A stretch of 64,000 nt of DNA, from the NCBI GenBank assembly GCA_036375695.1, contig DASVBU010000025.1:1879-65878 (forward strand), given 5' to 3'. The notes under the pieces were generated by a model. That model ran no database searches and was not told the origin of the DNA. It worked only from the letters and a program-made list of their open reading frames with translations. Below are positions 28,844-40,233 of this stretch, piece after piece; positions within the stretch are counted from its first letter, which is position 1; every line of letters begins with the position of its first letter. The translations under genes and the position numbers were made by a program. The DNA comes from Acidimicrobiia bacterium. GTDB taxonomy: Bacteria > Actinomycetota > Acidimicrobiia > Spongiisociales > ZC4RG35.

Positions 28844-29781
28844 AGGTCGCGGTCACCGGTGGCACCGGGGTGGTGGGCAACGCTCTGGTGAAGGAGCTCC
28901 TGGCGGACGGCCACGAGGTGTCGATGTTGGTGCGTTCCGGGTCCGCGCCGAATGGGGGAGCCCGCCCGGTGCCCGGTGACGTGCTCGACCCTGCGAGCCT
29001 CGACCGGCTCACCAAGGGGGCCGAGGTCGTCTTCCATGTCGCCGGGGTCAACGAACTCTGCCCCCGCAAGCCGGGCCGGATGTGGCAGGTCAACGTCGTG
29101 GGGACCCGGAACGTGCTCGAGGCTGCCCGGCGGTCGGGCGTCCGGAGGGTGGTTCACACCTCGTCGGCGGTGACGATCGGGGAAGCCAAGGGCGAAGTCG
29201 GCACGGAGGAGACCCGCCACCGGGGCCGATACCTCTCCCTCTACGCACGAACCAAGACGGAGGCCGAGCGCCTGGCGATGGCGTTCGAGGGCATCGAGGT
29301 GGTGGCCGTCAACCCGTCGTCGGTCCAAGGGCCCGGTCGCGACACGGGGACGGGAAAGATCCTCCGCGCCGCGGCGCGCGGCCGGCTGCGCTACGCCTTC
29401 GACACCACCTTCTCCCTGGTCGACATCACCGACTGCGCCAGGGGACACATCCTCGCCGGGGAGGCCGGACGGCCCGGCGAGCGGTACCTGCTCAGCGGGG
29501 CGACCCTCAGCACCAGAGAGGCGATCTCCGTCCTCGAGAAGGTGACCGGGCCGCTGCCGCCGCCCAGGTACCTCCCCGAATGGCTGCTTCCGCTGGCCGG
29601 AGCGGCCGGCTCCGTGCTCCCACTGTCGATTCCCGTCTGCCCCGAGTCGGTCAGGGTGGCGCGGCACGGCCATCGTCTCGACGGGAGCAAGGCGACTCGT
29701 GAGCTGGGCCTCCGGTACACGCCCGTCGAGGAGACCTTTCGCCGCACGGTCGAGTGGTTTCGAGAGACCGGCAGGCTCTGA
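28840..29781 (+). CDS. NAD-dependent epimerase/dehydratase family protein
   Basis: GTG 28840 (GTGA overlap with the pgsA stop) gives VKVAVTGGTGVVGNAL, a Rossmann motif. The ORF-track start at 28543 is out of context. Confidence 0.8.
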   Translation: MKVAVTGGTGVVGNALVKELLADGHEVSMLVRSGSAPNGGARPVPGDVLDPASLDRLTKGAEVVFHVAGVNELCPRKPGRMWQVNVVGTRNVLEAARRSGVRRVVHTSSAVTIGEAKGEVGTEETRHRGRYLSLYARTKTEAERLAMAFEGIEVVAVNPSSVQGPGRDTGTGKILRAAARGRLRYAFDTTFSLVDITDCARGHILAGEAGRPGERYLLSGATLSTREAISVLEKVTGPLPPPRYLPEWLLPLAGAAGSVLPLSIPVCPESVRVARHGHRLDGSKATRELGLRYTPVEETFRRTVEWFRETGRL

Positions 29782-29830
29782 CCTCCACCGATTCGTGGTG
29801 GAGGGCCACCGGTAGCATCGGCTTCCCGGG

Positions 29831-32800
29831 ATGACCGCCCCTCTCGCGCCACTGCTCAGCCGCTGGCACAGCGCTCCCGCACCCGACATGGGATCAGTGT
29901 GGGCCGTGCCGCCGGGCGCGCGCGCCTATGCCATCGCCGGTCTCGCCGAACGTCTCGGCACCGGGATCCTGGTCATCACACCCGGTGAGAACGAGGCGCT
30001 GGAGCTCGTCGAAGACCTGGAGCTGTTCCTCGAAGACGTCTTGCTGTGTCCCGCCTGGGAGACCCTGCCCTTCGAGCACGTCTCGCCGAACACGGGGACC
30101 ATGGCGATGCGCGCCCGGGCACGACACGCCCTGGCGGAGAACCGTCCCGGGGTGGTCGTGGCCTCGGTTCGCAGCGCAGTGCAGCGGGTGAGCCCCTCAC
30201 CGGTCGACCCGGTATGTGTGGCGAGGGGTGACGTGATCGACCTCGAGACCCTGGTCACGGATCTGGCCAGGCTGGGCTACCACCGAACCGACAGGGTCGA
30301 AGCCCGGGGCGAGATGGCCGTGCGGGGAGGGATCGTCGACGTCTTCCCGGCGCAGGGCGACCAGCCGGTGCGCATCGACTTCTGGGGCGATGAGGTGGAG
30401 GAGGTCAGGGTCTTCTCCATCGCCACCCAAAGGTCGGAGCACCCCGTAGACGGGATGGTGGCCTACCCCGCCCGGGAGCTGAGGCCCGACGAGACGCTCG
30501 CCGCCAGGGCGGCCGAGCTCCTCCGCCTCGAGCCGTGGGCGGCCCATGCGTGGGAGCGGATCTCCCAGGGCCAGATCTTCTCCGGCATCGAGTCGTGGCT
30601 GCCATGGCTGACCGACGAGCGAATCCTCGTCGACGAGCTCTCGCCCGCGGCGCATCTCGTGGTCACCGACCCCACGCGCGCCATCGACCGCTCCCGAGAC
30701 CTGATCGAAGAGGAATCGGAGCTGGCGGCCGCCCTGGCGCCCACCTGGGGCGAGACCGCGCCGCCCGCGGGGGATCACCCGACCTTGTTCGGCGATCTCG
30801 AGGCGGTCCTCGCCGACCGGCGCCATCTGAGGATGCCTTCGACGCCCACGGGCCCGGACGACCGGGTCTTCACCGTCCGCTCCCTGGATGCGACACCCGG
30901 CGACGCAGAGTCGGTGGCACGGGCCCTGGCCAAGCTGACAGCCGCCGGTGTCGCCACCGTCATCGCCATGGACGGCGAGCCGGCTGCCGACCGCGTCGCC
31001 CGGGTCCTCGCCGAGGAGGGCTTCGACATCGAGAGGCTGGGCAGCCTCGTCAATCCGAGATCGGCGGTCATCCCGGTCGGGATCCACCACGGCTTCATCT
31101 CACCCGATCTCTCGGTGGCCGTGCTCGGCGAGAGCGAGATCGCCGGGAGGAGGCGGTCCCACCGGCGTCCGGGCCGGGCGCCCGCGCCGGCGGTCAAGCA
31201 GCTCCAGGATCTGGTCGAAGGCGACTACGTCGTCCACCATCAGCACGGCATCGGCAGGTTCGAGGGCCTGGTCACCCGGACCATGGTCGGGGTGGAGAGG
31301 GAGTACCTCGTCATCGGGTACGCGGCGGGTGACAAGCTCTACGTACCCGTCGACCAGCTGGCGGCGGTGAAGAGGTACACCGGCGGCGAGGCGCCTCGCA
31401 TCTCCCGAATGGGCGGGCGCGACTGGTCGGAGCAGAAGAGCCGGGTGCGCAAGGCCGTGGCGGCGGTGGCGGCCGAGGTGGTCGCCCTCCACCGGCAGCG
31501 GGCCGTGGCCAAGGGGCACGCGTTCGCCGGCGACACGCCCTGGCAGCAGGAGATGGAAGCGGCATTCCCCTACGAGGAGACTGCCGACCAGCTCACCGCC
31601 ATCGCCGACGTCAAGGTGGACATGCAGAGCGACCGGCCGATGGACCGCCTGATCTTCGGCGACGTCGGGTTCGGCAAGACCGAGGTGGCCATCCGCGCCG
31701 CCTTCAAGGCGATCCAGGACGGGAAGCAGGTCGCCGTGCTCTGCCCCACAACCCTGCTCGCCCAGCAGCACCATCAGACCTTCTCGGAGCGCTTCGCCCC
31801 CTATCCGATCCGGGTCGAGGTGCTCTCCCGCTTCCTCACTCCCAGACAGCAGGCCAAGGTGGTTCAAGGTCTCTCCACCGGCGAGGTCGACCTGGTGATC
31901 GGAACCCACCGCCTCCTGTCCGAGGACGTCTCCTTCAAGGACCTCGGTCTGCTGATCATCGACGAGGAGCAGCGCTTCGGCGTTTCCGCCAAGGATGCCC
32001 TGAAACGGCTGAAGGTGGGCGTCGACGTCCTCACCCTCACCGCCACGCCGATCCCGCGGACGCTGGAGATGGCCTTGACCGGGATCCGCGACGTCTCGCA
32101 CATCCGCACCCCGCCTGAGGACCGCCACCCGATCCTCACCTACGTCGGCCCGTATGACGAGCAGGCGGTGGCTGCCGCCATCCGCCGTGAGCTGCTCCGC
32201 GAGGGCCAGGTCTTCTATGTCCACAACCGTGTGCGGTCCATCGATCGGGCAGTGGCCCGCCTCCAGGAGCTCGTCCCCGACGCCCGCTACGTGGTCGCCC
32301 ATGGTCAGATGTCGGAGGGTCAGCTCGAGCAGGTGATGATCGACTTCTGGAACGGGGAATACGACGTCCTCGTCGCCACCACGATCATCGAGTCCGGACT
32401 CGACCTGCCCAAGGTCAACACACTGATAGTGGAGCGCGCCGATCTCCTGGGGCTCGCCCAGCTATACCAATTGCGAGGCCGGGTCGGCAGGTCCAACCAG
32501 CGAGCCTACGCGTACCTCTTCCACCCCGCCGACCAGACATTGACCGAGGAGGCACACCGCCGGCTCGAGGCGATCGGCGAGGCGACCGACCTCGGATCCG
32601 GGTTCCAGCTGGCTCTGAAGGACCTCGAGATCCGTGGCGCCGGATCGATCCTCGGCGAGGTGCAGAGCGGCCATATCGCGGCCGTGGGCTTCGACCTCTA
32701 CACGGAGCTCGTCGCCGAGGCGGTCGCCGAGATGAAGGGGGAGGACTTCATCCCCTCGGGCCCCCCGGACATCCGGATCGATCTCCCGGTCGATGCGCGG

Positions 32801-33190
32801 ATACCGGACACCTACGTAGAGGACCAGGACCTCCGGCTCGAGGCGTACCGGCGGCTGGCCGCCGCCGACACCCATGCCGAGGTGGACGACGTGGTGGCCG
32901 AGTGGGAGGATCGCTTCGGGCCGTTGCCCGAGGAGGCCCAGGGTCTCATCTCCCTGGCACGACTCCGGGTCGAGGCGCTGCGGGTGGGCCTCAAGGACCT
33001 CGTCCAGGTCCGTCACGAGGTCCGCATGTCGCCCGTCGACCTGAAGCCGTCGCAGGAGGTGCGTCTCGAGCGGCTCCAGCCGAGGGCGGTACTCAGGGCT
33101 GCAGAAGCAGAGTTGTTCATCCCCGCGCCCAAGCCGTTGATAGAAGGGGTCATCGGGTTCCTGCGCGAGATGTGGCCCGAGGGCGAGTAG
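29831..33190 (+). CDS. mfd: transcription-repair coupling factor
   Basis: 1119 aa with a CarD-like domain (VVHHQHGIGRFEGL), helicase motifs GDVGFGKTEVA and IIDEEQRFG, and a C-terminal TRCF domain. Confidence 0.95.
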   Translation: MTAPLAPLLSRWHSAPAPDMGSVWAVPPGARAYAIAGLAERLGTGILVITPGENEALELVEDLELFLEDVLLCPAWETLPFEHVSPNTGTMAMRARARHALAENRPGVVVASVRSAVQRVSPSPVDPVCVARGDVIDLETLVTDLARLGYHRTDRVEARGEMAVRGGIVDVFPAQGDQPVRIDFWGDEVEEVRVFSIATQRSEHPVDGMVAYPARELRPDETLAARAAELLRLEPWAAHAWERISQGQIFSGIESWLPWLTDERILVDELSPAAHLVVTDPTRAIDRSRDLIEEESELAAALAPTWGETAPPAGDHPTLFGDLEAVLADRRHLRMPSTPTGPDDRVFTVRSLDATPGDAESVARALAKLTAAGVATVIAMDGEPAADRVARVLAEEGFDIERLGSLVNPRSAVIPVGIHHGFISPDLSVAVLGESEIAGRRRSHRRPGRAPAPAVKQLQDLVEGDYVVHHQHGIGRFEGLVTRTMVGVEREYLVIGYAAGDKLYVPVDQLAAVKRYTGGEAPRISRMGGRDWSEQKSRVRKAVAAVAAEVVALHRQRAVAKGHAFAGDTPWQQEMEAAFPYEETADQLTAIADVKVDMQSDRPMDRLIFGDVGFGKTEVAIRAAFKAIQDGKQVAVLCPTTLLAQQHHQTFSERFAPYPIRVEVLSRFLTPRQQAKVVQGLSTGEVDLVIGTHRLLSEDVSFKDLGLLIIDEEQRFGVSAKDALKRLKVGVDVLTLTATPIPRTLEMALTGIRDVSHIRTPPEDRHPILTYVGPYDEQAVAAAIRRELLREGQVFYVHNRVRSIDRAVARLQELVPDARYVVAHGQMSEGQLEQVMIDFWNGEYDVLVATTIIESGLDLPKVNTLIVERADLLGLAQLYQLRGRVGRSNQRAYAYLFHPADQTLTEEAHRRLEAIGEATDLGSGFQLALKDLEIRGAGSILGEVQSGHIAAVGFDLYTELVAEAVAEMKGEDFIPSGPPDIRIDLPVDARIPDTYVEDQDLRLEAYRRLAAADTHAEVDDVVAEWEDRFGPLPEEAQGLISLARLRVEALRVGLKDLVQVRHEVRMSPVDLKPSQEVRLERLQPRAVLRAAEAELFIPAPKPLIEGVIGFLREMWPEGE

Positions 33191-33251
33191 TGGTGGTTAG
33201 GGATCGCAACGCATTTACCATCGCCTCGTTCCCCATTCGAAGGATTCCCCT

Positions 33252-34217
33252 GTGAAGAGACTGATCGCCCTGCTCATGGTGTCCGTGCTCGGCCTCGCGG
33301 CGTGCGGCGCGGGTGATGCCGCAACCGCCGCCACCGTCAACGGCCAGGCGATCACCGTCGGCGACGTCAACGGTCTCCTTGCCATCGACAGCGGGACGAT
33401 CACCAAGGCGCAGTTCGCCCAGTTCCTCGATCTGCTCGTGGAGTGGCACGTGGTCGAAGACGCCGCGGCCGAGGAGTTCGGCTTCACCGTGACCCAGGAG
33501 GAGATCGACGCCGAGACCGACCGGATCTACGAGCAGTTCTCCGACGAAGGCCAGTCGCGCGAGGACTTCCTGGCGACCCGGGGCTTCACCGAGACCTTCC
33601 TCGAGATCGTCGGGCATCAGGAAGTCCTCTTCCGCAAGATCCACGACATGTTCAAGGAGGACGGGCGTGGCGTCCCCACCGAGGACGACGTCGAGGAGAG
33701 GATGGACGCCCAGCGGGCCGTCATGACCCAGGCGTGCGTCTCTCACATCCTCCTCGGGGAGTTCCGGGGTCTCGAAGGCGAGGAACTGGACACCGCCAAG
33801 GAGGAAGCCCTCGCCGACGCCGAGGAGGTCCTGGGCCTCATCGAGGATGGCGGCGATTTCGCCGAACTCGCCCGGGAGCACTCCGTCGACACGGGCAGCG
33901 CCCCGAACGGCGGCGACCTGGGATGCGCTTCGCCGGCCGAGTACGTCCCGGAGTTCCAGGAGGCCGTCATGGACGCGCCGATCGGGGAGGTGCTGGGCGA
34001 GCCGGTCGAGAGCCAGTTCGGTTATCACATAATCCTGGTCCGCACCCGCGAGACCCCGCCCGACGAGGAGGTCGCCCAGGCGATCGTCGACGACGGAGTA
34101 TCGGGTGCCATCGACGAGTGGATCGACGAGAAGCTCGGTGAGGCCGACATCTCGGTCGTCGAGCGTTTCGGCACCTGGAACTCCGACCTCCTCCGGGTGG
34201 ACGCCCCACCGGCCTGA
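33252..34217 (+). CDS. parvulin-type peptidyl-prolyl isomerase lipoprotein (SurA/PrsA-like)
   Basis: Lipobox GLAACG. PPIC rotamase block ACVSHILL...GGDLGCASPAEYVPEFQEAV...FGYHIILV. Confidence 0.8.
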   Translation: MKRLIALLMVSVLGLAACGAGDAATAATVNGQAITVGDVNGLLAIDSGTITKAQFAQFLDLLVEWHVVEDAAAEEFGFTVTQEEIDAETDRIYEQFSDEGQSREDFLATRGFTETFLEIVGHQEVLFRKIHDMFKEDGRGVPTEDDVEERMDAQRAVMTQACVSHILLGEFRGLEGEELDTAKEEALADAEEVLGLIEDGGDFAELAREHSVDTGSAPNGGDLGCASPAEYVPEFQEAVMDAPIGEVLGEPVESQFGYHIILVRTRETPPDEEVAQAIVDDGVSGAIDEWIDEKLGEADISVVERFGTWNSDLLRVDAPPA

Positions 34218-34219
34218 TC

Positions 34220-35623
34220 ATGATCACGATCGTGGGGCTCGGGCCCGGTGACTACGACCGGCTGCCCGTGTCGACACGATCGCTGCTCATGGACACGGGG
34301 GCCGAGGTCGTCGTTCGTACGCTCCGGCACCCGGCGGCGGAGCACCTGGCTACGTTGCGACCGGTCGTCAGTTGCGATGATCTGTATGAGCGCTCCGACA
34401 CGTTCGAGGAGGTCTACGACGCCATCGTGGACCGGTTGGTGGAGATGGCCGCTACCGGACCCGTCGTCTACGCCGTCCCGGGCAGCCCTTTGGTGGGCGA
34501 GTTCGCGGTGCGCCGGCTCCTCGACCGGGTTCCAGATGCGCAGGTGATTCCCGGCGAGTCGTTCGTCGACGCCGTGCTCACCACGGTCGGCTACGACCCC
34601 TTCGACCGCGGGCTCCAGGTCCTCAATGGCCACGACCTCCCGGACCCGCTGATCCTCGACAAGCCCACGGTCATCGGCCACCTCGACCGGGCAGAGCTAG
34701 TCGCCGAGGTGGCGGCACAGATCGCCCGTGTCGTCCCGGAGGAGGCGCGGGTGAAGGTCCTGGTCGATCTGGGCACCGCGTCGCAGAAGGTCGTCGAGGT
34801 CGAGGCTTCGCGTATCGACCCGGGTCTGGCGGGTCTGCGCACCAGCATCTGGGTGGACTCCGATCCGGGCGGCCTGATCGGAGCCGTCCACACCATGCGG
34901 AGGCTGCGTGAGGAATGCCCATGGGATCAGGAGCAGACGCATCAGAGCCTGACCAAGAACCTCGTCGAGGAGGCGTACGAGCTGATCGAGGCGATCTCGA
35001 GGCTCCCCGAGGGGGAGATCGATTGGGCTGCCTACGCCGAAGTCGAAGACGAGTTGGGTGACCTCCTCCTCCAGGTTCTTTTCCACGAGGCGATCGCCCG
35101 TCAGACCGGCGCGTTCGACATCGATGGCGCGGCCGAGACCCTGCGTCAGAAGCTGGTCCGGCGCCACCCGCACGTCTTTGGCGATGCCGAGGCCGGGTCG
35201 CCGGAGGACGTGAAGAACCGATGGGATCGGATCAAGGCGGAAGAGAGGGGAGGGGTTCCGGAATCTCCCCTGGACGGCGTTCCCTCGGGGATGCCGGCTC
35301 TGCACCGCGCCTCCAAGGTCCAGAACAAGGCGGCCAAGGTGGGATTCGACTGGCCCTCGGCGGACGGTGTCGTGGAGAAGCTGCGCGAGGAGGTCGCAGA
35401 GCTCGAGGAGGCGATGGCGGGTCGCGGCTCGGTCGAGGACGAGATGGGGGATCTCCTCTTCACGGTGGTCAATCTCGCCCGTCATCTCGGCGTCGACACC
35501 GAGATGTCGCTGCAGCGGGCGGTGGACCGGTTCGTCACGCGCTTCCGGGCCATGGAGGCCGAAGGCCCATTGGAGGGTCTCACCCTCGACGAGATGAACG
35601 CCCGCTGGGAAACAGCGAAGTAG
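34220..35623 (+). CDS. mazG: MazG nucleoside-triphosphate pyrophosphohydrolase with N-terminal tetrapyrrole-methylase-like domain
   Basis: N-terminal MITIVGLGPGD...VYAVPGSPLVGE. Two MazG repeats follow: EEAYELIEAI...ELGDLLLQV and EEVAELEEAM...EMGDLLFTVVNLAR. Confidence 0.85.
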   Translation: MITIVGLGPGDYDRLPVSTRSLLMDTGAEVVVRTLRHPAAEHLATLRPVVSCDDLYERSDTFEEVYDAIVDRLVEMAATGPVVYAVPGSPLVGEFAVRRLLDRVPDAQVIPGESFVDAVLTTVGYDPFDRGLQVLNGHDLPDPLILDKPTVIGHLDRAELVAEVAAQIARVVPEEARVKVLVDLGTASQKVVEVEASRIDPGLAGLRTSIWVDSDPGGLIGAVHTMRRLREECPWDQEQTHQSLTKNLVEEAYELIEAISRLPEGEIDWAAYAEVEDELGDLLLQVLFHEAIARQTGAFDIDGAAETLRQKLVRRHPHVFGDAEAGSPEDVKNRWDRIKAEERGGVPESPLDGVPSGMPALHRASKVQNKAAKVGFDWPSADGVVEKLREEVAELEEAMAGRGSVEDEMGDLLFTVVNLARHLGVDTEMSLQRAVDRFVTRFRAMEAEGPLEGLTLDEMNARWETAK

Positions 35624-35650
35624 CAGCCGGATGAGTCCCCCGGCCGAAAG

Positions 35651-35700
35651 CTGGGGAAAGTACCGACGGCGGAGCGGAGCCGGGGGTAGGGGGTGCTGAA
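35651..35700 (+). repeat. partial copy of the GC-rich intergenic repeat family
   Basis: CTGGGGAAAGTACCGACGGCGGAGCGGAGCCGGGGGTAGGGGGTG resembles the G-rich half of the 9341 (reverse-complement) and 44672 elements. Shared pieces are GGGGA-AGTACC, CGGCGGAG and AGGGGG. Confidence 0.45.
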
Positions 35701-35760
35701 CCCGTTCGGATTTCCTGGCGCTGGGTTCTCCAGAACACCTGCAGATGAGTGTTACCTTGA

Positions 35761-37437
<1,677 letters not shown>

Positions 37438-37454
<17 letters not shown>

Positions 37455-37956
37455 TCGACGGACGGTCGAGGCTCAGATCGGGCGTCCGGTCCGATCCGAG
37501 ATCGAGGTGGTCTCCAGGTGTCATCTCGGCGTCCCGGTCGTGGTCAAGGTGCCGCCTCTCCTCGACGACGGGACGCCGTTCCCGACCCTCTACTGGCTGA
37601 GCTGCCCCCTCGCCGTGAAACGCATCGGCCGCCTGGAGGGCGGCGGTGGCGTGCGGCGGATGGAGCAGAAGGCGGCGGCGGATCCCCTCTTCCGAACCAG
37701 GCTGGAGGACGCCCATAGCTCCTACGAGGAGGAGAGGGACCGGTTGGTCCCCCCGGCGGCGATCCCGAGGCCTTCCGGTGGCGTGGGTGGCGCCCGAACC
37801 GGCGTCAAATGCCTCCATGCCCACTACGCACACACCAGGGCCGGCGGCGACAACCCGGTGGGCGAGTTGGTCGCGGGATGGGTCGAGCCTCTCGATTGCA
37901 CGGTGCCCTGTGTCGTCGACGGCGAGCGCAACCCGGAATGGGAGCCTCGCCCTTGA
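37438..37956 (+). CDS. DUF501 domain protein
   Basis: ATG 37438 gives ...GVPVVVKVPPLLDDGTPFPTLYWLSCP...LHAHYAH. It sits in the conserved position between ftsB and ppx in actinobacteria. Confidence 0.75.
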
Positions 37957-38810
37957 GGGTCGCCGCCGTCGACATCGGCACGAACTCGATGCGTCTGCTC
38001 ATCACCGACGGCATGGTCGACCTCGTGCGCGAGGAGAGGGTGACCGGGCTGGGGAGGGGAGTGGACCTGACGGGCCGGCTCGCCGACGACGCCGTCGAGC
38101 GCACGCTGGTGGCCCTGGCGGAGTTCCGGGGGTTGATCGATGCCGCCGGTGCGGAGCGTGTCCGTGCCATCGCCACTTCGGCGTCCCGGGACGCGGTGAA
38201 TCGGGACTCATTCTTCGATGCGGTCGAGCGGACGCTCGGTGTTCGGCCCGACCTGGTCTCGGGGGAGGAAGAGGCGCGTCTCGGTTACGCGGGTGCCGCG
38301 GGCGCATGGCGAGGGCGCGGGCCCGTGATGGTGATCGACATCGGCGGTGGAAGCACCGAGTTCGTCACGGCCGACAATGCCGTGTCGGTGGGCATCGGCT
38401 CGGTTCGCCTCACCGAACGCGTCATGCCCAACCGGCCCGCACCGTCGACCGAGATCACGGCCGGCCGCGAGATGGTCGGCCAGATGTTCTCGGGTCTCGA
38501 TCTGCCGGCGTGCGAGACGGTGTTGGGCATCGGCGGGACATGGACCGAGATCCCCAGATTGGGCGGCGCGCCCGACGACTCCGTGGTCGACCTCTCGATG
38601 CTCGACGTGTTGGCGACGCGTCTGGCCCAGATGACGGTCGAGGAGACCGTTGCCCTCGGTGTGCCGCCGATGCGAGCGTCCGTGCTGCTCGCAGGGATCG
38701 TGATCGCCGGAGGTGCCCTGAAGGCGGCAGGCTGTGCTGTCGCCACCGTCTCGATCCGGGACTCGCTGGACGGTGTCGCCGCGGGATTGCTCTCCGAAGG
38801 CTTAGCCTGA
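37938..38810 (+). CDS. ppx: Ppx/GppA family exopolyphosphatase
   Basis: Motifs AAVDIGTNSMRLLI and VIDIGGGSTEF. Start is ATG 37938 or TTG 37953. The third-from-last codon (the penultimate sense codon) is a rare TTA (38802-38804). Confidence 0.85.
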   Translation: MGASPLRVAAVDIGTNSMRLLITDGMVDLVREERVTGLGRGVDLTGRLADDAVERTLVALAEFRGLIDAAGAERVRAIATSASRDAVNRDSFFDAVERTLGVRPDLVSGEEEARLGYAGAAGAWRGRGPVMVIDIGGGSTEFVTADNAVSVGIGSVRLTERVMPNRPAPSTEITAGREMVGQMFSGLDLPACETVLGIGGTWTEIPRLGGAPDDSVVDLSMLDVLATRLAQMTVEETVALGVPPMRASVLLAGIVIAGGALKAAGCAVATVSIRDSLDGVAAGLLSEGLA

Positions 38811-38818
38811 CACTCCCG

Positions 38819-38905
38819 GCCCGGGTGGCGGAATCGGTAGACGCGAGGGGCTTAAACCCCCTTGAGCCACATCGGCTCGTGTGGGTTCGAGACCCACCCC
38901 GGGCA
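38819..38905 (+). tRNA. tRNA-Leu (anticodon UAA)
   Basis: Folded by hand. Acceptor GCCCGGG/CCCGGGC, D-arm GCGGAATCGGTAGACGC, anticodon stem AGGGG/CCCCT with loop CTTAAAC. Long variable arm GAGCC-acatc-GGCTC and T-arm GTGGG-TTCGAGA-CCCAC. 87 nt, CCA not encoded. Confidence 0.9.
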
Positions 38906-38982
38906 CCGGGACCGATGGCTCCCGTGCCGCTCCCCGGTGCAGACCCCCTACTCTTGATGTTCCAACGACCGAAAGGAACGAC

Positions 38983-39417
38983 ATGGCACTCGAGAGCACC
39001 GGACGCGCCCACTGGGAGGGCGATCTGTTCAGCGGGAAGGGCACCGCGTCGGTCGACTCCGGCGCTTTCGGCCCGCTTCCGGTCGACTGGAAGGCCCGGG
39101 CCGAGGATCAGGGCGGGAAGACCAATCCCGAAGAGCTGATCGCGGCTGCCCACGCCACCTGCTTCTCCATGGCGTTCTCCAACGTCCTGGCCAAGAACGA
39201 GACCCCGCCCACCAGCCTCGACGTCTCCGCCACCATCACCTTCGTCCCGGGCACGGGGATCACCACGTCGAAGCTGGCGGTGACCGGCGTCGTTCCCGGG
39301 ATCGACGAGGCCAAGTTCAGAGAGCTCGCCGAAGACGCCAAGGCCAACTGCCCTGTCTCCAAGGCGCTCACCGGCAACGTCGAACTGTCGGTGGAGGCGA
39401 CCCTGGCCGGAGCCTAG
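38983..39417 (+). CDS. osmC: OsmC family peroxiredoxin
   Basis: ATG 38983 gives ...TNPEELIAAAHATCFSMAF...AKANCPVSKAL, containing the two conserved Cys. Confidence 0.85.
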   Translation: MALESTGRAHWEGDLFSGKGTASVDSGAFGPLPVDWKARAEDQGGKTNPEELIAAAHATCFSMAFSNVLAKNETPPTSLDVSATITFVPGTGITTSKLAVTGVVPGIDEAKFRELAEDAKANCPVSKALTGNVELSVEATLAGA

Positions 39418-39965
39418 GCCTCGTCCGCCTGCCGGCGCCGATAGGCGCTGACCGCCTCTCTGGTAGAGCACGTGCTCGAGCAGTGACGGCGTGATCGATT
39501 GCGCGATGCGTCGACGTAGACGTCGTCGCAGTCCGCGGCCGCGCAGATGCCAAATCGGTCGATCCCGTGCTCCACGATCACGGTCGCCAGCGCCATCGCC
39601 GTGGTGGCGGCGAGCCAGGAGACCATGTCGGATCCGAAGGGCTCGAAGTGGAGATGGGGGACGCCGTTGTGCACCGAGAGCCGGGGCTGGGCGTCGTACT
39701 TGGTGAGTATGTCGTTGAGGAGGTCCGCTGCCTCCCTCTCGTCCTGGGCGGCGACCACCCCACGCAACGTCTCGCGCAGGCCCTTCACCGCCTTCAGGTC
39801 CCGGTCGGTGGGGGGCCGGGCGACGCCCTCCCACATGTGCCGGTAGGGGTCGAGAAACGCCTCGAGATCGGTGAGCGATTCCAAGGAATCCGTCGACCTG
39901 CCTCTGGTGTTCATCAAGGAGACAGAGAGGTCTACTGGCTCCCCGGTGTAGTGCGAAAAATCCAT
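39414..39965 (-). CDS. CGNR zinc-finger domain protein (ABATE + zf-CGNR)
   Basis: C-terminal CAAADCDDVYVDASRNRSRRHCSSTCSTREAVSAYRRR. Confidence 0.8.
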   Translation of the reverse strand: MDFSHYTGEPVDLSVSLMNTRGRSTDSLESLTDLEAFLDPYRHMWEGVARPPTDRDLKAVKGLRETLRGVVAAQDEREAADLLNDILTKYDAQPRLSVHNGVPHLHFEPFGSDMVSWLAATTAMALATVIVEHGIDRFGICAAADCDDVYVDASRNRSRRHCSSTCSTREAVSAYRRRQADEA

Positions 39966-40008
39966 CTTTGTGTAACTACGGGGGCTCTATACAGTAAGGA
40001 GCGTAATC

Positions 40009-40185
40009 GTGAAGACTCATTACGACACCGAAAGAAGCACCATGATCCAGATGGCCAACATCCTGCTCGGCGATCTTCGCCGCAAGGCGGCCGAGGAACG
40101 TCTCGCCCGGAAGGTGACGCGGCCGGGCCGTGTCATCCATCTGGGTCTCCGCCGCGTCGATCGCAATCACGACGCCGCGGCCTGA
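40009..40185 (+). CDS. hypothetical small basic protein (58 aa)
   Basis: Below the ORF-track size cutoff. GTG 40009 lies 7 nt downstream of AAGGAG (39996-40001) in a locally AT-richer divergent promoter region. Translation is VKTHYDTERSTMIQMANILLGDLRRKAAEERLARKVTRPGRVIHLGLRRVDRNHDAAA. Confidence 0.35.
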   Translation: MKTHYDTERSTMIQMANILLGDLRRKAAEERLARKVTRPGRVIHLGLRRVDRNHDAAA

Positions 40186-40195
40186 AGGATTGAGG

Positions 40196-40228
40196 CAGGT
40201 TATCCGGCCCTCCTCCCCGGATAACCTG
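40196..40228 (+). promoter_or_regulatory. perfect 12-bp hairpin abutting the DUF1992 start codon
   Basis: CAGGTTATCCGG-ccctcctcc-CCGGATAACCTG ends 5 nt before ATG 40234. Confidence 0.4.
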
Positions 40229-40233
40229 TCCTC

